DNA of 64,000 nt, from positions 7,626,001-7,690,000 of the forward strand of contig JBHGNT010000005.1 of the NCBI GenBank assembly GCA_043228905.1, read 5' to 3'. Below the pieces are notes generated by a model, which was not told where the DNA came from, did not search any database, and worked only from the letters and a program-made list of their open reading frames with translations. A program made the translations under genes and the position numbers. Shown one piece after another: positions 35,949 through 48,196 of this stretch; the first letter of the stretch is position 1; every line of letters starts with the position of its first letter. The DNA comes from Azolla caroliniana. Taxonomy: Eukaryota > Plantae > Polypodiophyta.

Positions 35949-37538
35949 TTTGGTATCAGAGCATATGTACTAACGTTTCTTTTGGTTTTCTTTTTGTCTT
36001 CGCGTGGGATGGCGATTGATCGTTGTGCGGTCGCCTTCATGCAGACAAGGATTAGCGAAAGAACTTCGGTAAATTTTCCTTAATTTTTTTTATCTAATTT
36101 TTCTTCTCCCTTCTATACATGTGTATACTTAATATGTAGTTTTTTTTTCATATATTCAATGATGTTGAAGTGGTATTTAATTGGTTATCGTTTGACATAT
36201 AAATCATATGTGATGAGTGTCGTATGCGTACGAGGTTACTACCTCAATTGCGTATTATGTTCACGAACATATGTTACGTTCGCGTACGAGGTCAATACCT
36301 CGATTCATTCGAAATGATATGCGTTGGGTTTAGTATGCGTAAGAGGTCAATACCTCAATTGCGAATTACGCTTAACCTTATTTTCGGATGTTTCGTGTGC
36401 GTAGAGGTATATGCCTCGATTACGTATCCCGAATACATCATTGTTGGCTATATAAAAAAAACGATTCATTTAGTATACGCATATGTGGTCACTTATATAC
36501 GTCTCTGATCGTATATATGTGATATATTGACATATGTGTATATTTTAGATTACGTGATTCATATCAAATGTTTTCCTAATTGGGGAGAGGATTTTGGTGG
36601 CCGTCCTCACATTTTTGTGAGAATGGCGTTGTCACCATCCCTTTTATCAACAATTTTTATTGTTGAAATTCCCGTTGGTCACTTTGATCTTTCGTTACGT
36701 AACGAACCTCGTATAGCCAAAATGATGTTGAATACGTCGGGCTTGATCCACATCAAGTAGGGTCGCTCTAATGACACACGTATCCAACATCTCCCCTCGT
36801 TACATGGATACGATGCCACCATAAGCTCGTTCTTACGAGCGCCATTCGTAATCACGTGACCATGTGATGGGCCACATGAGCCTACGAAGACACAAGGGCT
36901 CATTCGGCTTGACCATTAGGTTACACTTTGGCATATGCCATTGTACTTACGAGGCTTGAGGGTAGGTAGCGTACAACTATAGTGGGTAATAAATGAGGGA
37001 GAAATAAGGCCACTTGACCTATATGTTTCTTTTAAACAAAAACATATAGGGGCAAATGCCTCGCATATCTCGAATACGCCTCAAACATTAAACATTCAAG
37101 ACGCGCAATCTACTTGGTTGGCTCAAGTGTTTAATGTATTTGTCCTCGAGGTCTCGAGTTCAAATATGACCAACACCATACAACATCGTTGATACATATG
37201 ACTATAATACATGTTTAGACTTTAGGTCTAAGTGCACTTCGGGGTCCTCGTAATAGGACTTAAAGAGCCGAAACCACATATGTGGGCACAGAAACATAGT
37301 TATTGTTAACATTTTTTTCGTGTATAAACTATTCATGACGCGAACATACATGGTTGAGCCTCGGGGAGCCGCCATGAAAAAAATCGATATAGAGATCAGG
37401 GAAAGACATTCATTTGTCACCCCCATGGTTTTTAAAACACCTCTGTGTTACCATAGTAACCTGATCTTGAACCTCATCTCATACGTCTAGAGGGGTATTG
37501 ACGTGAGATCATGATATCGATTAATATTTGCCCATGAT

Positions 37539-40500
37539 ATGTTTACACCACGACAAGATGTTATGACTATTTGTCTGACCTTATCTTATTTCTTTGCCAG
37601 AAATAATCATTCAATGGCTCAGAATAACGACCCGATGCCCTCCGCTCAAGCGGAAAGAACTCAAGGAAATCCTCCTGGGACAATGTCCATTGAGGCGTAT
37701 ATTTTACAAGTACAACATTTCCTTAGTTCAACCGCGCAGCAGTTGACCGAATTTCGGCAATCTCAAAGTGCTCTCGAGGCACGAGTCATTAGTCTCCAAA
37801 ATGAGATTAATAGACCTGATGAGCGTCAGGGTGAACCATCATTTGTCGTAAAGCCATTTACGGGAGATAAAAAGGAAAGAACCGAAGAAGCAATATGCAC
37901 GTGGCTGGGCCGATGGGAGTCTCATTTTGAGCTCTATCCCACGCCAGATAGTACGAAGATTGCATATGTCGGCCGAGAACTAGGGGGTAAGGCCGCCGCT
38001 TGGTGGCGTGGGCTCCGAACTTTGGGGAGATTGCCCGAGACCTGGACAGACTTTGTCACAGTTTTCAAGGGTCAATTTCTACAACCTCCCTCTCGAACCG
38101 AGGCAGCACAAGCTTTAATGAACCTCTCTAGCAAGAAGTTTTCCTCGCTAGAAGACTATGTCCACCATGCTAGAACCCAAATCCAAAAATCGGGTCTAGA
38201 AGGGGACAATTGGTTAATAGCTTGTTTTGTCAATGGCATCCCCAATTCGGACTATCACTGGATAGTGCACGATAAGGATCCAAAATCCTTCGAAGAGGCC
38301 GTTGAGATAGTTCTTCGCTATCAACGCACTTCGAAGAAGGACCATAACAAACCCAACGAAGCGCCCGGGACTAAGCAGTCGCAATTCGTTGGGAAACGCA
38401 AGACACCCAACGAATTCATGGATCGCGATTATAAGCGACAACATCCTTTTTGCGTATTCTGCAAAAAGAAGGGTCATACAAAAGAGCAATGTCGTAAGCT
38501 CCAACGAAAAGAGCACGACGCCAAACCTAAAGCTACAGACCATAAAGGTCAGATTCCTAATGTCCTTCAGGTCTATACACATCATTTGAGTAATTGTCAA
38601 TGTTCTTTCCCTCATTATGTATTGGGTCCCAATGATTTACTACGTGCAAACGGGTATATCAATGGATCTCCCGTACAATTTTTATTTGATTCGGGAAGCT
38701 CACACAATTTTGTGAATGATCGTTTGGTACAGATATGGGGAATCCAACCCACCGTAAGTGATCACACCTACACGGTGCACTTGGCCGATGGAAGAGTACA
38801 ACACATCAACGGGGCGATTCATTCTTTAGGAATTTCTATTGATACCTATATAGAGGAAGTAGACTTCCATGTAATGAATCTTAGTACCACCGATGTAATA
38901 CTGGGTTATCCCTGGTTTTATAATAAAAGCTCTTCTTTATTTATTGATTGGGTTCGCCATTCCATTTCTTTTGTACTCAACGATTGTACGCATTTTATTC
39001 AATGTGTAACAAAACAATCCCTCTCGATTGTTACCTCGTGTCCATCAATATCCGAGTTGTCTTGTTCTACGTTATTTTATTGTGTACTTGATCCGGACAT
39101 TCACGTTTACAATATCGATAATGTCTCGGGTCAATTAACATATTTTGAACAAAAACAACTTGATGAAATCGTAAACGATTTTCGTGATGTTTTTCCGAGT
39201 GAACTACCCGATGGTTTACCTCCTAAACGTAATATAGACCATCGTATAGATATTGTACCTGGCGTTGCACCCATTAGTATACCTCTGTATCGCCTAAGTC
39301 GATCTGAAGAGGATGAGGTAGCTAAGCAACTTAAGGACTATTTACGAATGGGTTATATACGTTATAGTAAATCTCCATGGGGTGCACCAGTTCTCTTGGT
39401 TAAAAAGAAAGAGGGCACATGGCGTATGTGTATTAATTACCGACGCTTGAATAAAGTGACGATCAAGAATTCGTACCCATTGCCCCGGGCTGACGATCTA
39501 ATTGACCGTCTCCAGGGAGCTCGGTATTTTACGAAACTTGATCTCCGTACTGGCTACCATCAAATACGAATAAGTGAGGACGATGTTCCTAAAACAGCAT
39601 TTCGTACGCGCTACGACCATTATGAGTTTTTGGTTATGCCTTTTGGTTTGACCAATGCTCCGGCTACATTTCAACAAGAAATGAATGACATTTTCCGAGA
39701 ACAACTTGGAAAATTTGTCGTTATCTTCTTAGATGATATTTTAGTTTATAGCCGTACATTACAAGAACATGCTAGACATGTCCGCTTTGTTTTACAAATA
39801 TTGCGTGACAAACAATTTTACGCGAAGATCTCAAAATGTGAGTTTTTCAAGAACTACTTATCTTGGACATCTCATAATCGAACGAGGAGTTGAAATTGAT
39901 CCTTCTCGCATCGAGAAAATCAAGCTTTGGCCCACTCTTCGGAATATTCGAGAAGTTCGCTCATTCCTTGGTTTTGTCGGATTTTTGCGAAAATCTCTTC
40001 GTAATTACTCACAATTGACGACGCCGTTTACTGATCTTCTAAAAGGTCAAACGCGTAAGTCTACAAAACCTATTGAGTGGAATGCTACACTAGACCTAGC
40101 CTTTAAGGAACTCAAGGACTTGGTATGCAAGGCTCCTTCACTTCTTTTACCCGATCCTTCAAAACCTTTTGAGGTTGAAACCGACGCAAGCGATTATGCT
40201 ATAGGTGCTGTCTTGTATCAAGATGGTAAAGCAATAGCATTCGAGAGTAAGAAACTTGATTCTGCTCAATGTCGGTATACCGTTCAAGAAAAGGAATTAT
40301 TTGCGGTTATACATGCGCTCAAAACATGGCGCCATTATCTTTATGGAAATCGCTTTGTGGTAACTACGGACCACGAGTCCTTGAAATATTTTTGTGACCA
40401 ACAAGACCTGAAAGGTCGTAAGGCACGATGGGCTGATCTCATCCAAGACTTTGATTTTTCCATACGATATCGTAAAGGTTCCATGAATACTGTCGCTGAT

Positions 40501-42042
40501 GCACTAAGTCGCATCCGTGAAGTTAACATGCTTAGCTTCACTGAAATAACATCAGATCTTTATGATCACCTTCGAGGAAAGTATCCTGATGCCAGTTATT
40601 TTGCAAAATACTGGGCAAGAGTCGAGTCTGGAACAGACACCACCACACCCTCGAAGGAATACTTCCACATTGCTAACGGTCTGCTCTACCGTAATGGGAA
40701 GGTTTGTGTTCCAGATTTACCTGAGGTCAAAAAGAGAATTCTTTTTGAATGCCATGATGCACCCTCAGCAGGGCACCCTGGAATACATCGTACACTCGTT
40801 CTCATCTCCACTCAATTTTATTGGCCTAAGATGCGTCCTGACATACATAGCTATGTGACTAAATGTCACCAATGTCAGGTTAACAAAGCCGAGCGACTTA
40901 AAGCCGCAGGACTTTTACATCCCTTGGACATTCCCAATAATAAGTGGGAAAGTATATCCATGGATTTTATTGTTAGCCTTCCTCGCACCCAAAAAGGTCA
41001 TGATGCCATATGGGTTGTGGTTGACAGACTAACTAAAATGGCCAGATTTATTGCTACTAAAACCACGGTAACAGCTCCTGACTTGGCTTACCAATTCGTT
41101 GATGAGTTATTTCGTTTTTACGGGTTACCGATGGATATCGTGAGTGACCGAGATCCGAAGTTTACTAGTGACTTCTAGACGCAAGTCTTTAAGAAGTTAG
41201 AAACTACGTTGAGCATGAGCTCCACGGATCATCCTCAATCCGATGGACAGACAGAACGAGTAAATCAAATTATTGAGGACATGCTTCGAGCATAAGTTGG
41301 TGCAAAACCAACAAAATGGGAACGTTACCTCCCAATTTTGGAGTTTGCTTATAACAGCTCCAAGCATACGTCGACGGGATATAGTCCTTTTATGTTGATG
41401 TATGGATTTCAGCCACGAGCCCCGATTGATGTTAATATACATCATGATGAGTTGCGAAGTACGCAAAACTTTCTTCGGGATATGCAAGATATGTTGCATA
41501 TTGCACGGGATAATATAAAAACAGCTCAAGATAGAGCGCGTTTTTATGCCGATCATCACAGGCAACCTCGTGTATTCAGCCCTGGACAGAAGGTATTTTT
41601 ACGTGTACCTCACAATTCTAAGACATTGTCTACGGGTAAGTGCGCTAAGTTAGCCCCACGGTTTTGTGGACCTTTTACAGTCCTCAAACGCATTGGATCA
41701 TCAGCCTATCGTCTCGCTCTTCCCGATGGTGTTGGAATCCATCCAGTCTTTCATGTAAGTCGTCTAAAAGAACTTCTAGGTTCTGGCGACAATACAGTTA
41801 CAACTGAAACTCTGGTTACTTCTGAAGATTTATCTTCTAAACCACATGTACCAGAACGAATTCTCGATGTTAAAACAAAAAAATTACGTGCTAAGGAAAT
41901 CCGAGAATTTAAAATAAAATGGATGGATAAATCAATCAAAGATGCCACATGGGAACGCGAAACGACTCTAAGAACTAACTTCCCTAACTTTCCATTGCAA
42001 GAGTGCAATGTTTTAAAGAGGGGGAGTATGTTACGGGCATGA
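37539..42042 (+). pseudogene. Chromovirus gag-pol with one frameshift (~39850) and two stops (41176 TAG, 41293 TAA)
   Basis: [60 protein letters not shown], chromodomain PERILD..KIKW..DATWE. Confidence 0.95.
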
Positions 42043-42493
42043 CCATATAATATCCCGTGGTGAGAATTGTCGTAGTATTCTATACACGTGGATAAGTGTG
42101 AGGGTTAAACAAAGAGTCTAAAGAAGGGGAGGATTACTTTTAATCCTCGGGATTGAGACAACCCATGAGGCCAAGTGTGAACATGGCTGGGGGCCTTGAG
42201 AATTACTATAAATAAGAGGCCTAGCTACCCTCATTGGGGCATGCATTGACTACGTCGAGACTCTGTCCGTGAGTGGAACGACTCTTGTAGCAAGCGCGCT
42301 ATCATCCAGGTACGACTCGACGCCAAGGCGGTGGTATGGGACGCCGATCGAGGCTCGAGTCCGTCTCGATCCCTTCGCTCGGGGGTGGTCGGGTGGATCG
42401 GCACCCTTCTTTCTCTCTTTTCTCTCTATTCTTTCTAGATCTATCATTGATATATCCTTATTTTATGCTTACTTTAGTACCTAATCTCTAATA
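42029..42493 (+). repeat. Chromovirus 3' LTR
   Basis: Preceded by the PPT and followed by TSD CGTTA. Confidence 0.97.
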
Positions 42494-42498
42494 CGTTA

Positions 42499-45273
42499 CA
42501 TGTTACGCTCAGAGAGGGTAACCTGTTTTTGGTGGATATTCCTGTGTCATCACTATGGCACAGAAGATTAGGACACCTCAGCAAGGCCGGCATTACGCAT
42601 CTATCTAGAGCTGGATACATCCCTAAACTCTCCTTCTCCGACCATCAATTCTGCGAGCATTGCCAGTATGGCAAACAAGCAGCCGCATCACACCCGACAT
42701 CAGCACCAAGAGAAACGAGACCTCTCGATTTGGTCCACTCGGACGTCTGTGGCCCAATGCCGCATCAGTCTCTCGGCGGTGCCTCTTACTTCGTCAGTTT
42801 TATTGACGATTCGACTCGAAAGGTGTGGGCTTATCCAATTCGCACCAAAGATCGTGTCTTCTCGATCTTCTCCGATTGGCTCGCTATGGTAGAAAATCAA
42901 ACCGACCGAAAACTGAAATGCTTTCGGACCGACAATGGGGGAGAGTTCAAATCAGAAGAATTCGTCAAATTCTGCCGACAACGCGGCATCCGACGTGAAT
43001 TTACGGCACCACACAGTCCGGAGCAAAACGGGATTGCCGAACGCATGAATCAGACAATCCAAGAACGGATAGTTTCCATGCTCCAACACTCCGGACTGTC
43101 GGATGGCTTCTGGGCAGAGGCTCTACTCACGGCAGTACACATAGTCAATATGTCGCCAAGCAGACCTCTAGGACTTCAAATTCCTCAGGAACTATGGATC
43201 GGCAGTAAGCCGAATTACGACAAGCTGAGGATCTTCGGATGCGAGGCGTACGCCCTTATTCCGAAAGATGATCGCCGAAAACTTGCACCTCGGTCCAGGA
43301 AATGCATTTTCCTTGGATATGGATCCGACGGCGAAATGGGATACCGACTCTGGGATCCCGAACGCAGACAAATCGTTCGAAGTTCGGACATTGTGTTCAA
43401 CGAGTCGGCTATGATTCCATCAGTCGAAACACCGATCGAAGTCCGAAGGGTAACATTTTCCGATGTGCCGACCCTTCAAGAAGGCCCCGCTCTTAACACA
43501 CGGTCAGCTTCACGGGTAGCTGAACCTTACACTACCGACTCGGACAACTCTGACTCAGTACAGCCGAATGATTCGCTTTCGGACCATCCGACCTCGATAC
43601 CCGATGCGACCAGTCCAATCATACCTCGACGATCCGAGAGACTGTCGCAACCTCCGGAGAGGTATTCTCCTGGAATTTTCTTCACCGACGCCGGCGAACC
43701 GACGTCTTACGAAGAAGCATCGACATCTGTCGATTCCGCCACCTGGCATCTGGCGATGGAGTCGGAAATGCACTCCATTCGGGCAAACAAGACTTGGGAT
43801 CTGGTCGAATTACCTAGGAACCGACGTGCTCTTCCTTGCAAGTGGGTTTATCGACTAAAAGAGACGTCTGATTCGACCACCCCAAAGTACAAGGCCAGAT
43901 TAGTTGCGAAGGGCTTCCGACAAGAATATGGCGTCGACTTCGACGAGATTTTTTCACCAGTGGTGAAACTGACAACCCTTCGTTTTCTACTCGGCATAGT
44001 GGCAGCCGACAACTTGGAGCTGATTCAGCTAGATGTCAAAACAACATTCCTCCATGGTGATCTTGAAGAGGAAATTTATATGGAGCAGCCAAAAGGCTTC
44101 GTGGCAACTGGCCAAGAACATCTAGTCTGCCGACTCAGGAAGAGTCTATACGGCCTCAAACAGGCACCGCGACAATGGTACAAGAAGTTCGACGACTTCA
44201 TCCAATCGATCGGCTTCTCAAAAAGCGATGAGGACCATTGTCTTTTTACCAACACAGCTCAAGATGGATCACCCATCTTCCTCATCATTTACGTGGACGA
44301 CATGCTAATTTCTGGACGCCACGCGAGCGAACTTGCCGATCTCATTCGGCAACTGCGGTTGAAGTTTGCCATGAAGGACCTCGGTCCGGCACGACACATC
44401 CTTGGCATGAAGATTAGTCGGCATCGCGATAAACGACATCTTTTTTTGTCTCAGACCGACTATATTGGACGTGTCTTGGAACGCTTCAACATGCAATCAG
44501 CCAAATCTGCTTCAACCCCGCTCCCCATGAATCTTCGGCTCTCTCAGCGAGACTGCCCGACATCCGGTCCGGAGGGGGATGATATGAAGTCGGTACCGTA
44601 TGCACCGGTAGTCGGCTCCCTTATGTACCTGATGGTCGCGACACGGCCTGATATTTCTCATGCCGTAGGAGTCGTCAGCAGATTTATGCACAATCCTGGC
44701 CGATCGCATTGGAACGCAGTCAAGCATGTGTTCAAATATCTGGCTGGCACAAAAGACCACGACATTCTTTTCGGTCCGAACTCAACTATAGGCGTAGTCG
44801 GTTACACCGACTCGGACTTCGCCGGCTGTATAGACAGTCAGAAATCAACAACTGGATACTGCTTCAAATTCGGCAATGGAGCAATTTCGTGGAAATCGAA
44901 ACTTCAGGAGTGCACAGCGACCTCAACGACCGAAGCAGAATATGTAGCTGCGTCCGACGCGGCAAAAGAGGCTTTGTGGCTCGGTCGGCTGGCGCACACG
45001 TTTCGACAAGTCGACCATGACTCGGCCCCAGTTGTCTATAGCGACAGTCAAGGTGCTGTTGCCTTGTCGAGAAATCCGGTTCACCACAACGCCTCCAAAC
45101 ATATCGACGTTCGATATCACTTCGTTCGGGACTGCGTCATTTCAGGGAAAATCGGTCTAGAGAAAATATCCACAACCGACAATGTCGCAGATGGAATGAC
45201 CAAGTGTCTTTCGGCAGACCGCTTTCGGTCCCTTCGGCATCAGATGGGCGTAACGACAAACCAGTCCAGTTAG
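42499..45273 (+). CDS. Copia polyprotein 3' part (integrase, RT, RNase H)
   Basis: LWHRRLGH, HSDVCGP, RTDNGGEF, KARLVAKG, YVDDML, YTDSDFAG, KHIDVRYHF; in frame with the 5' part once the nested element is removed. Confidence 0.95.
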   Translation, partial: HVTLREGNLFLVDIPVSSLWHRRLGHLSKAGITHLSRAGYIPKLSFSDHQFCEHCQYGKQAAASHPTSAPRETRPLDLVHSDVCGPMPHQSLGGASYFVSFIDDSTRKVWAYPIRTKDRVFSIFSDWLAMVENQTDRKLKCFRTDNGGEFKSEEFVKFCRQRGIRREFTAPHSPEQNGIAERMNQTIQERIVSMLQHSGLSDGFWAEALLTAVHIVNMSPSRPLGLQIPQELWIGSKPNYDKLRIFGCEAYALIPKDDRRKLAPRSRKCIFLGYGSDGEMGYRLWDPERRQIVRSSDIVFNESAMIPSVETPIEVRRVTFSDVPTLQEGPALNTRSASRVAEPYTTDSDNSDSVQPNDSLSDHPTSIPDATSPIIPRRSERLSQPPERYSPGIFFTDAGEPTSYEEASTSVDSATWHLAMESEMHSIRANKTWDLVELPRNRRALPCKWVYRLKETSDSTTPKYKARLVAKGFRQEYGVDFDEIFSPVVKLTTLRFLLGIVAADNLELIQLDVKTTFLHGDLEEEIYMEQPKGFVATGQEHLVCRLRKSLYGLKQAPRQWYKKFDDFIQSIGFSKSDEDHCLFTNTAQDGSPIFLIIYVDDMLISGRHASELADLIRQLRLKFAMKDLGPARHILGMKISRHRDKRHLFLSQTDYIGRVLERFNMQSAKSASTPLPMNLRLSQRDCPTSGPEGDDMKSVPYAPVVGSLMYLMVATRPDISHAVGVVSRFMHNPGRSHWNAVKHVFKYLAGTKDHDILFGPNSTIGVVGYTDSDFAGCIDSQKSTTGYCFKFGNGAISWKSKLQECTATSTTEAEYVAASDAAKEALWLGRLAHTFRQVDHDSAPVVYSDSQGAVALSRNPVHHNASKHIDVRYHFVRDCVISGKIGLEKISTTDNVADGMTKCLSADRFRSLRHQMGVTTNQSS

Positions 45274-45466
45274 AGCCGGACACATAGCAGGATGGTTTCG
45301 GACAACCGACATCAGTTCCTTAATGATCGGCTTCAACTCTTCCGACCCGACCAGTTCGGTCTTTTGCCTTCGGACCCTGCCGACTCGAACAAAACTGATA
45401 TGTCCGAGAACCTAGGTTTATGCCTGTAATCTTAGATAACCCATGTATACGCCCATTACGGGGGAG

Positions 45467-45772
45467 TGTCGAATACAAGTGTATAATGGACGTATTCACA
45501 CTATCCCTTTGTATAGATCAAGTTTGGGCCATTTGTGTAATTAGCATAAATGGTAGATGCCCTAAGTCTGTCACTATATATAGTGACCTTGTAACCTTTT
45601 TGTAAGGTTGGGTGTTGTATTCTTTTTCTATTGAATAAAGAGTCTTTTGTGCCTCTCTCTCTCTCTCTCTCTCTCTCCATCTCTGTGCACGACCTCAGAA
45701 ACGATCATACGCAGGTACAGAACAGAATCGAATGCTTCTTAATCTTCCGCATAGACGACCTTGTCTACAACA
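45467..45772 (+). repeat. Copia 3' LTR
   Basis: Identical to the 5' LTR and followed by TSD AGTCT. Confidence 0.97.
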
Positions 45773-45777
45773 AGTCT

Positions 45778-48196
45778 ATCCTTCGCAGCGGGCACTGAAA
45801 GTGACTCCAAGATAGACATATGATCCAACCACCTCAACTGGGCTATGGGAGATAGTTAGGTGACACTTAGCTCTAACTTGGGCCGACGTGTGGAAGATAA
45901 GGACTTTAGTTTTCCCTAGATTCACTACCAATCCTCGTTGTGTGCAAAAGTCATCTAAGGCATTAAGGTGCCTTTGTAGGTCGTGTTCGGATTCAGAGAG
46001 CAAAACTATGTCGTCTGCATAGAGCAAGATACGCACCTGCGTATCCCCCAGGACTACTCCATTGCCTCCCTTACGAGCAATAAAATCTGTGATCTCATCA
46101 ATGTAGATCCCAAAAAGAGTCGGAGATAAGGGGCAACCTTGTTTTACACCAATAGTGCTAGTGAAACTATCGGATATGCCGCCTAGGCATCGAACACACC
46201 CGGACACTTGTTCATATAGTGCGTAGATGGCCCAAACCATGTCATCTAGTATCCTCAAGCTCTTAAGCCTATCAAACAACCGCTCTCTAGGGACCGTGTC
46301 AAAGGCTTTGCGGAAGTCCACAAAACAACAATATAGTTTCTTCTTGCGAGCCTTAGTCTGGTCAATTAAGCATCTAAGTGTGAAGATATGGTCAATAGTG
46401 GAGAAGGCTCGTCTAAAGCCAGCCTGTTCAGGTGCACAAAGATTTAAGGCCTCCATATACTCGCTAAGCTCTGCCTCCATTACTGCACCATATAATTTAG
46501 CAAGGGTATGACCTATCATAATGGTCCTATAAGTATTTGGGTCCATGGGGTCCCCCCCCTTATGTATGGGGGCCACTGTGTTCATGGTCCATTGTGATGG
46601 AAAACCCTCTGCAAGGGCACGATTGAAGATTAGAGTTAGCAAGGGAGCTAGGCACTCTCTCGCGTATATGATGTGTTCTGCTCGCAATCCTGTGTGGTCC
46701 ATGGACTTCCTATGTTGTAATTTCTTTATGACCTTCGTGACCCTAGAGGTCGTGAAGAGTGTCCCCACAGTAGGTTGGGGTGTAGAAGGCATTGGAATGG
46801 GTGGTTGGTTTGGGATGTGGTAAAGTCTCTCTGTATAAGTGTGCCAAGTTTCGGGATCTTCGATGGGTGTTTGTGGTCTTGGTTCCCGTAATCTCTTCCA
46901 TGCAGTGGCACAATCGCTACTCATGAGCATGCGGTAGAGTTCCCAATATTGGGATGCCTCCCATGCTCGTCTCTTATGACGTGTCATCTTGCGCATTTCT
47001 TTACGAGCTTGTACTGAGGTAATACTACCACTGAGTTGCAATATTGTAAGTTGTCAATGTAAGCACCTACAATCCTCATCATACCATCTATTTTGTGGCA
47101 TAGATCCTACTTTACCTTGATTGGAGTGTTTCGTGTATGGGAAACTGCTAACCACTGCAGAATGAAGGATGTGTGTGAGTTTCGTACTAAGGCTCTCTAA
47201 AGGTAGGGAGGGATCAAGGGAGGAGAGATGGGCTTGAACATGTCGAGCATATATGTCAGAGAGCTCATGTGTGAAATGTATTGTGATGTCATGGCGTGGT
47301 TGACTAGAGTTGGTGACGTTAGAGATATCGCATTTTATCTCGAAGTATAAGAAACTATGGTCCGCGCCAATAGGACATGGGGCCACTCGGAAGGAGTTAA
47401 TCATGTGGGTAGCTTCAGGGCGTCCTATTAGATAATCGACTGTGCTTTCCCCTCCTCCATGTGGGAAACATGTGAGCTCTTCCGAACCTGGCCACTTGGC
47501 TAAACCATTATATATGACCATCTAGTGCTGACTACCGAGTTCGAGCAAATGATGGCCAAATCTCGTGGCGTCTGCACCTTGATCCTTTGATCCACGTGTG
47601 GTGTCTATGTCTGAAGGATCAACATTTACCATTTCTAGGTTTCTATTCATTTGAAATATTGTGCATTGTCGGGATTGGGTTCTCGCATTAAAGTCTCCTA
47701 CAAGGAATACTTCGCCTTGGGAAGAATATCGGATTATGTCATCCGATAGAGGTTCATATGGGGAAGGCCCATGTGGCACTCCGTCATCAACTAATCTCGC
47801 CTCGCCAGCCAGATTATAACGAGAGCCTTTCGGGGGGAAGTAACAAATGGCGAAAATTATTGCCTTGTCCTTGCTTGTGGAGACTTTCACCCACATAAAA
47901 TGAGCTTCTGGGTCTGTGCTCAGTATTTCTATCCTATTATGTAGCTCCCTCCGAAACAATATTGCGACACCTCCAGATCCCCTGGTAGTGCATCGACGTG
48001 AGGTTTGTCTAAAAGCCGACTCCCAACGAAATCCTTCGACTCGTGGGAGTCCCCTATTTGGGCTTTGGTGTGTTTCTACTAGGCAAACTATATCTGATTC
48101 CTTTAATATCCCCTCTAGGCGGCCGGGGTGTGTCCAGAGTGCGCCGTTACAATTCCATAAGGTCATCCTAAGTGTGTTTTTTGTCACATGGGCCAC
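45778..48196 (-). pseudogene. LINE ORF2 endonuclease and reverse transcriptase
   Basis: ORF fragments 47522-48196, 47054-47521 and 45776-47041 separated by stops. Confidence 0.92.

Larger units (their letters stand above)
35484..42493 (+). mobile_element. Full-length Ty3/Gypsy chromovirus nested in the Copia ORF
   Basis: Identical 465-bp LTRs, TSD CGTTA (35479-35483/42494-42498), PBS-Met at 35951, PPT AAAGAGGGGGAG, gag-PR-RT-RH-INT-chromodomain. Confidence 0.98.
33236..45772 (+). mobile_element. Full-length Ty1/Copia LTR retrotransposon (Tnt1/Tork-like), young
   Basis: Identical 306-bp LTRs, TSD AGTCT (33231-33235/45773-45777), PBS-Met TGGTATCAGAGC at 33544, PPT before 45467, order gag-PR-INT-RT-RNase H. 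Confidence 0.98.

Noticed and set aside
36222-36430. CRISPR-like palindromic repeats with spacers
   Set aside because: Repeats are degenerate, lie within a retrotransposon leader and have no cas genes; kept only as a hairpin array
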